A DNA stretch of 63,978 nucleotides, filler included, from Octopus bimaculoides (lineage: Eukaryota), in the NCBI RefSeq assembly GCF_001194135.2. It is 4 parts of 3 records of this genome, joined end to end, with 100 filler letters (N's around TTAATTAATTAA, not from the genome) between each part and the next. Parts side by side here need not be neighbours in the genome. Positions count along the whole stretch, not along the records: positions 62,223 to 63,978 come from NC_068982.1; 3 more parts are not named here. One strand, given 5' to 3'. A program made the translations under genes and the position numbers. The notes under the pieces were generated by a model. That model was not told the origin of the DNA. It made no database searches and saw nothing but the letters and a program-made list of their open reading frames with translations. How positions within the stretch are numbered: position 1 is the stretch's first letter; every line of letters begins with the position of its first letter. Shown here one piece after another: positions 62,654 through 63,978 of the stretch.

Positions 62654-63569
62654 GCGACCTACCAGCATTCTGAGCGAAGCCCTGTATTTTTAACACACAA
62701 GTATTTCTGAGAAGTTTCTCTGAGACCAAATATTGCAGTTAGTACTGTTCCACGTTTTGTATATACAATATAAAATTCATACATATTGGTATTTTTTTAC
62801 CCAAAATGGTTTTAAAAGCGTATATTACTATAAAAGGCATAAAACTTTGTTTTTGAAGTGGAGCAATGATCTTTCACAAGTGGTTTATGAAATATAATAA
62901 TTTCCGCTGTTAAATCCTCTCGCAGACCAAAATCATTAACGGGCAGGCTACCATCTCGCTCTGCGGCGTTTGCTACATCTTTAAGTAGTGAGGATATGAA
63001 AAGAACATATAAGTAATTCTATACTATCATAATACAAGCAACATTATTATTAAAAAAACCTTACAATGTTTGTAGTTCATAACACTGCATTACAAATGGG
63101 AAAATGAAAGAAATTAAATAGACGTACTAGGCAGACTTCTATGTAATGATCGTAATTGTATTATTAGTGGTGGTAGAGGTAATAGTATAAAACTAGTGGT
63201 GTTTTGAAAATTATGTAATTGCTGGAAGTTACTAGAGAACAAAAAAATACATAATTTCTTTTGAAGCATTTGATTTTTTGAGAGAGAGGGGGAGGGGGAG
63301 AGGGAGAGAGAGGGAGAGGGGTAAAGTGCACATAGATAGTATTCAAGGTGCAGTGTTAGGAGAAAACATCTTTGAAAACGATAATGTTTACTATACTCTA
63401 AATTTAGAAAAGGTAAAAATGTACTTCTAACTTTAGAGTTATCAACTATTTATTTTTATGTTTATGTTACGAAGTAAACAATCCTAACTATGGAACAAAA
63501 CCAAGGAATAGAATTATTGTATCCATGATATTATTCTGCTTACGATTTGACCATGTTGGTGACGCTTTA

Positions 63570-63935
63570 ACAAATCTTAATACGGCGCACTACGTCCTTC
63601 ATTTTTGTATAAGAGAAAAGTGCATACAAGTGCAAAGAGTTGGCTAGTTGGCTTCCTTCATGCTCTTGCAGGTAAGTGGTCCAAGAGACGTCATCATGTG
63701 TAGATCCGTCTAGGTCCACTAGCGTTCTCCATCGCTGGCGGTTCCGTGCCAGCCCGTCTGCATCCTCCAAGGCTCATCGCCAAGGGGGCAGCCCCATTAT
63801 CCGACTATTCTGTAGAGGACCAATAATCCGCCCAGAAGAACCCTCGACCTGCTACGACACCTACCAGAAGAAACCAGACTGCTCATATGGATGGACTTGA
63901 ACATTCTGTCCCAGTGAACGAACGATGCACAGTAG
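63570..63935 (-). mobile_element. RTE-like LINE 3' end fragment
   Basis: LEDADGLARNRQRWRTLV matches the A.xR..WR.LV C-terminal motif of RTE-type ORFs. Confidence 0.55.
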
Positions 63936-63939
63936 CTAA

Positions 63940-63978
<39 letters not shown>

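Overview
Eukaryotic, AT-rich, microsatellite-laden draft-genome sequence. The tRNA-derived SINE families and repeat style point to an octopus (coleoid cephalopod); this is inferred, not proven. No intact cellular gene is visible, and most ORF-track entries are microsatellite, N-gap or antisense artefacts. The window is a transposon landscape. It holds two near full-length L1/Tx1-clade LINEs plus a fragment of a third in a head-to-tail minus-strand array (41.7-53.6 kb), a related element that appears to carry ORF1 only (32.9-34.7 kb), several Penelope-like elements, CR1/L2-like and RTE-like fragments, two hAT remnants, a fold-back mariner derivative, pogo/Tigger MITEs, Helitron 3' ends and more than 25 SINE copies. 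A few short candidate exons suggest part of the window is intronic, but the host gene and its strand could not be determined. Best leads: (1) an L1/Tx1 system in which an autonomous LINE, an ORF1-only 'half-LINE' and a SINE variant share a 3' tail; (2) a 15-nt segment spanning the ORF1 stop region that is exactly reverse-complementary to a segment just after the ORF2 stop, with a matching complementary pair in the second copy; (3) hammerhead-ribozyme motifs in Penelope termini, one with an intact core; (4) several long inverted repeats that could form dsRNA.
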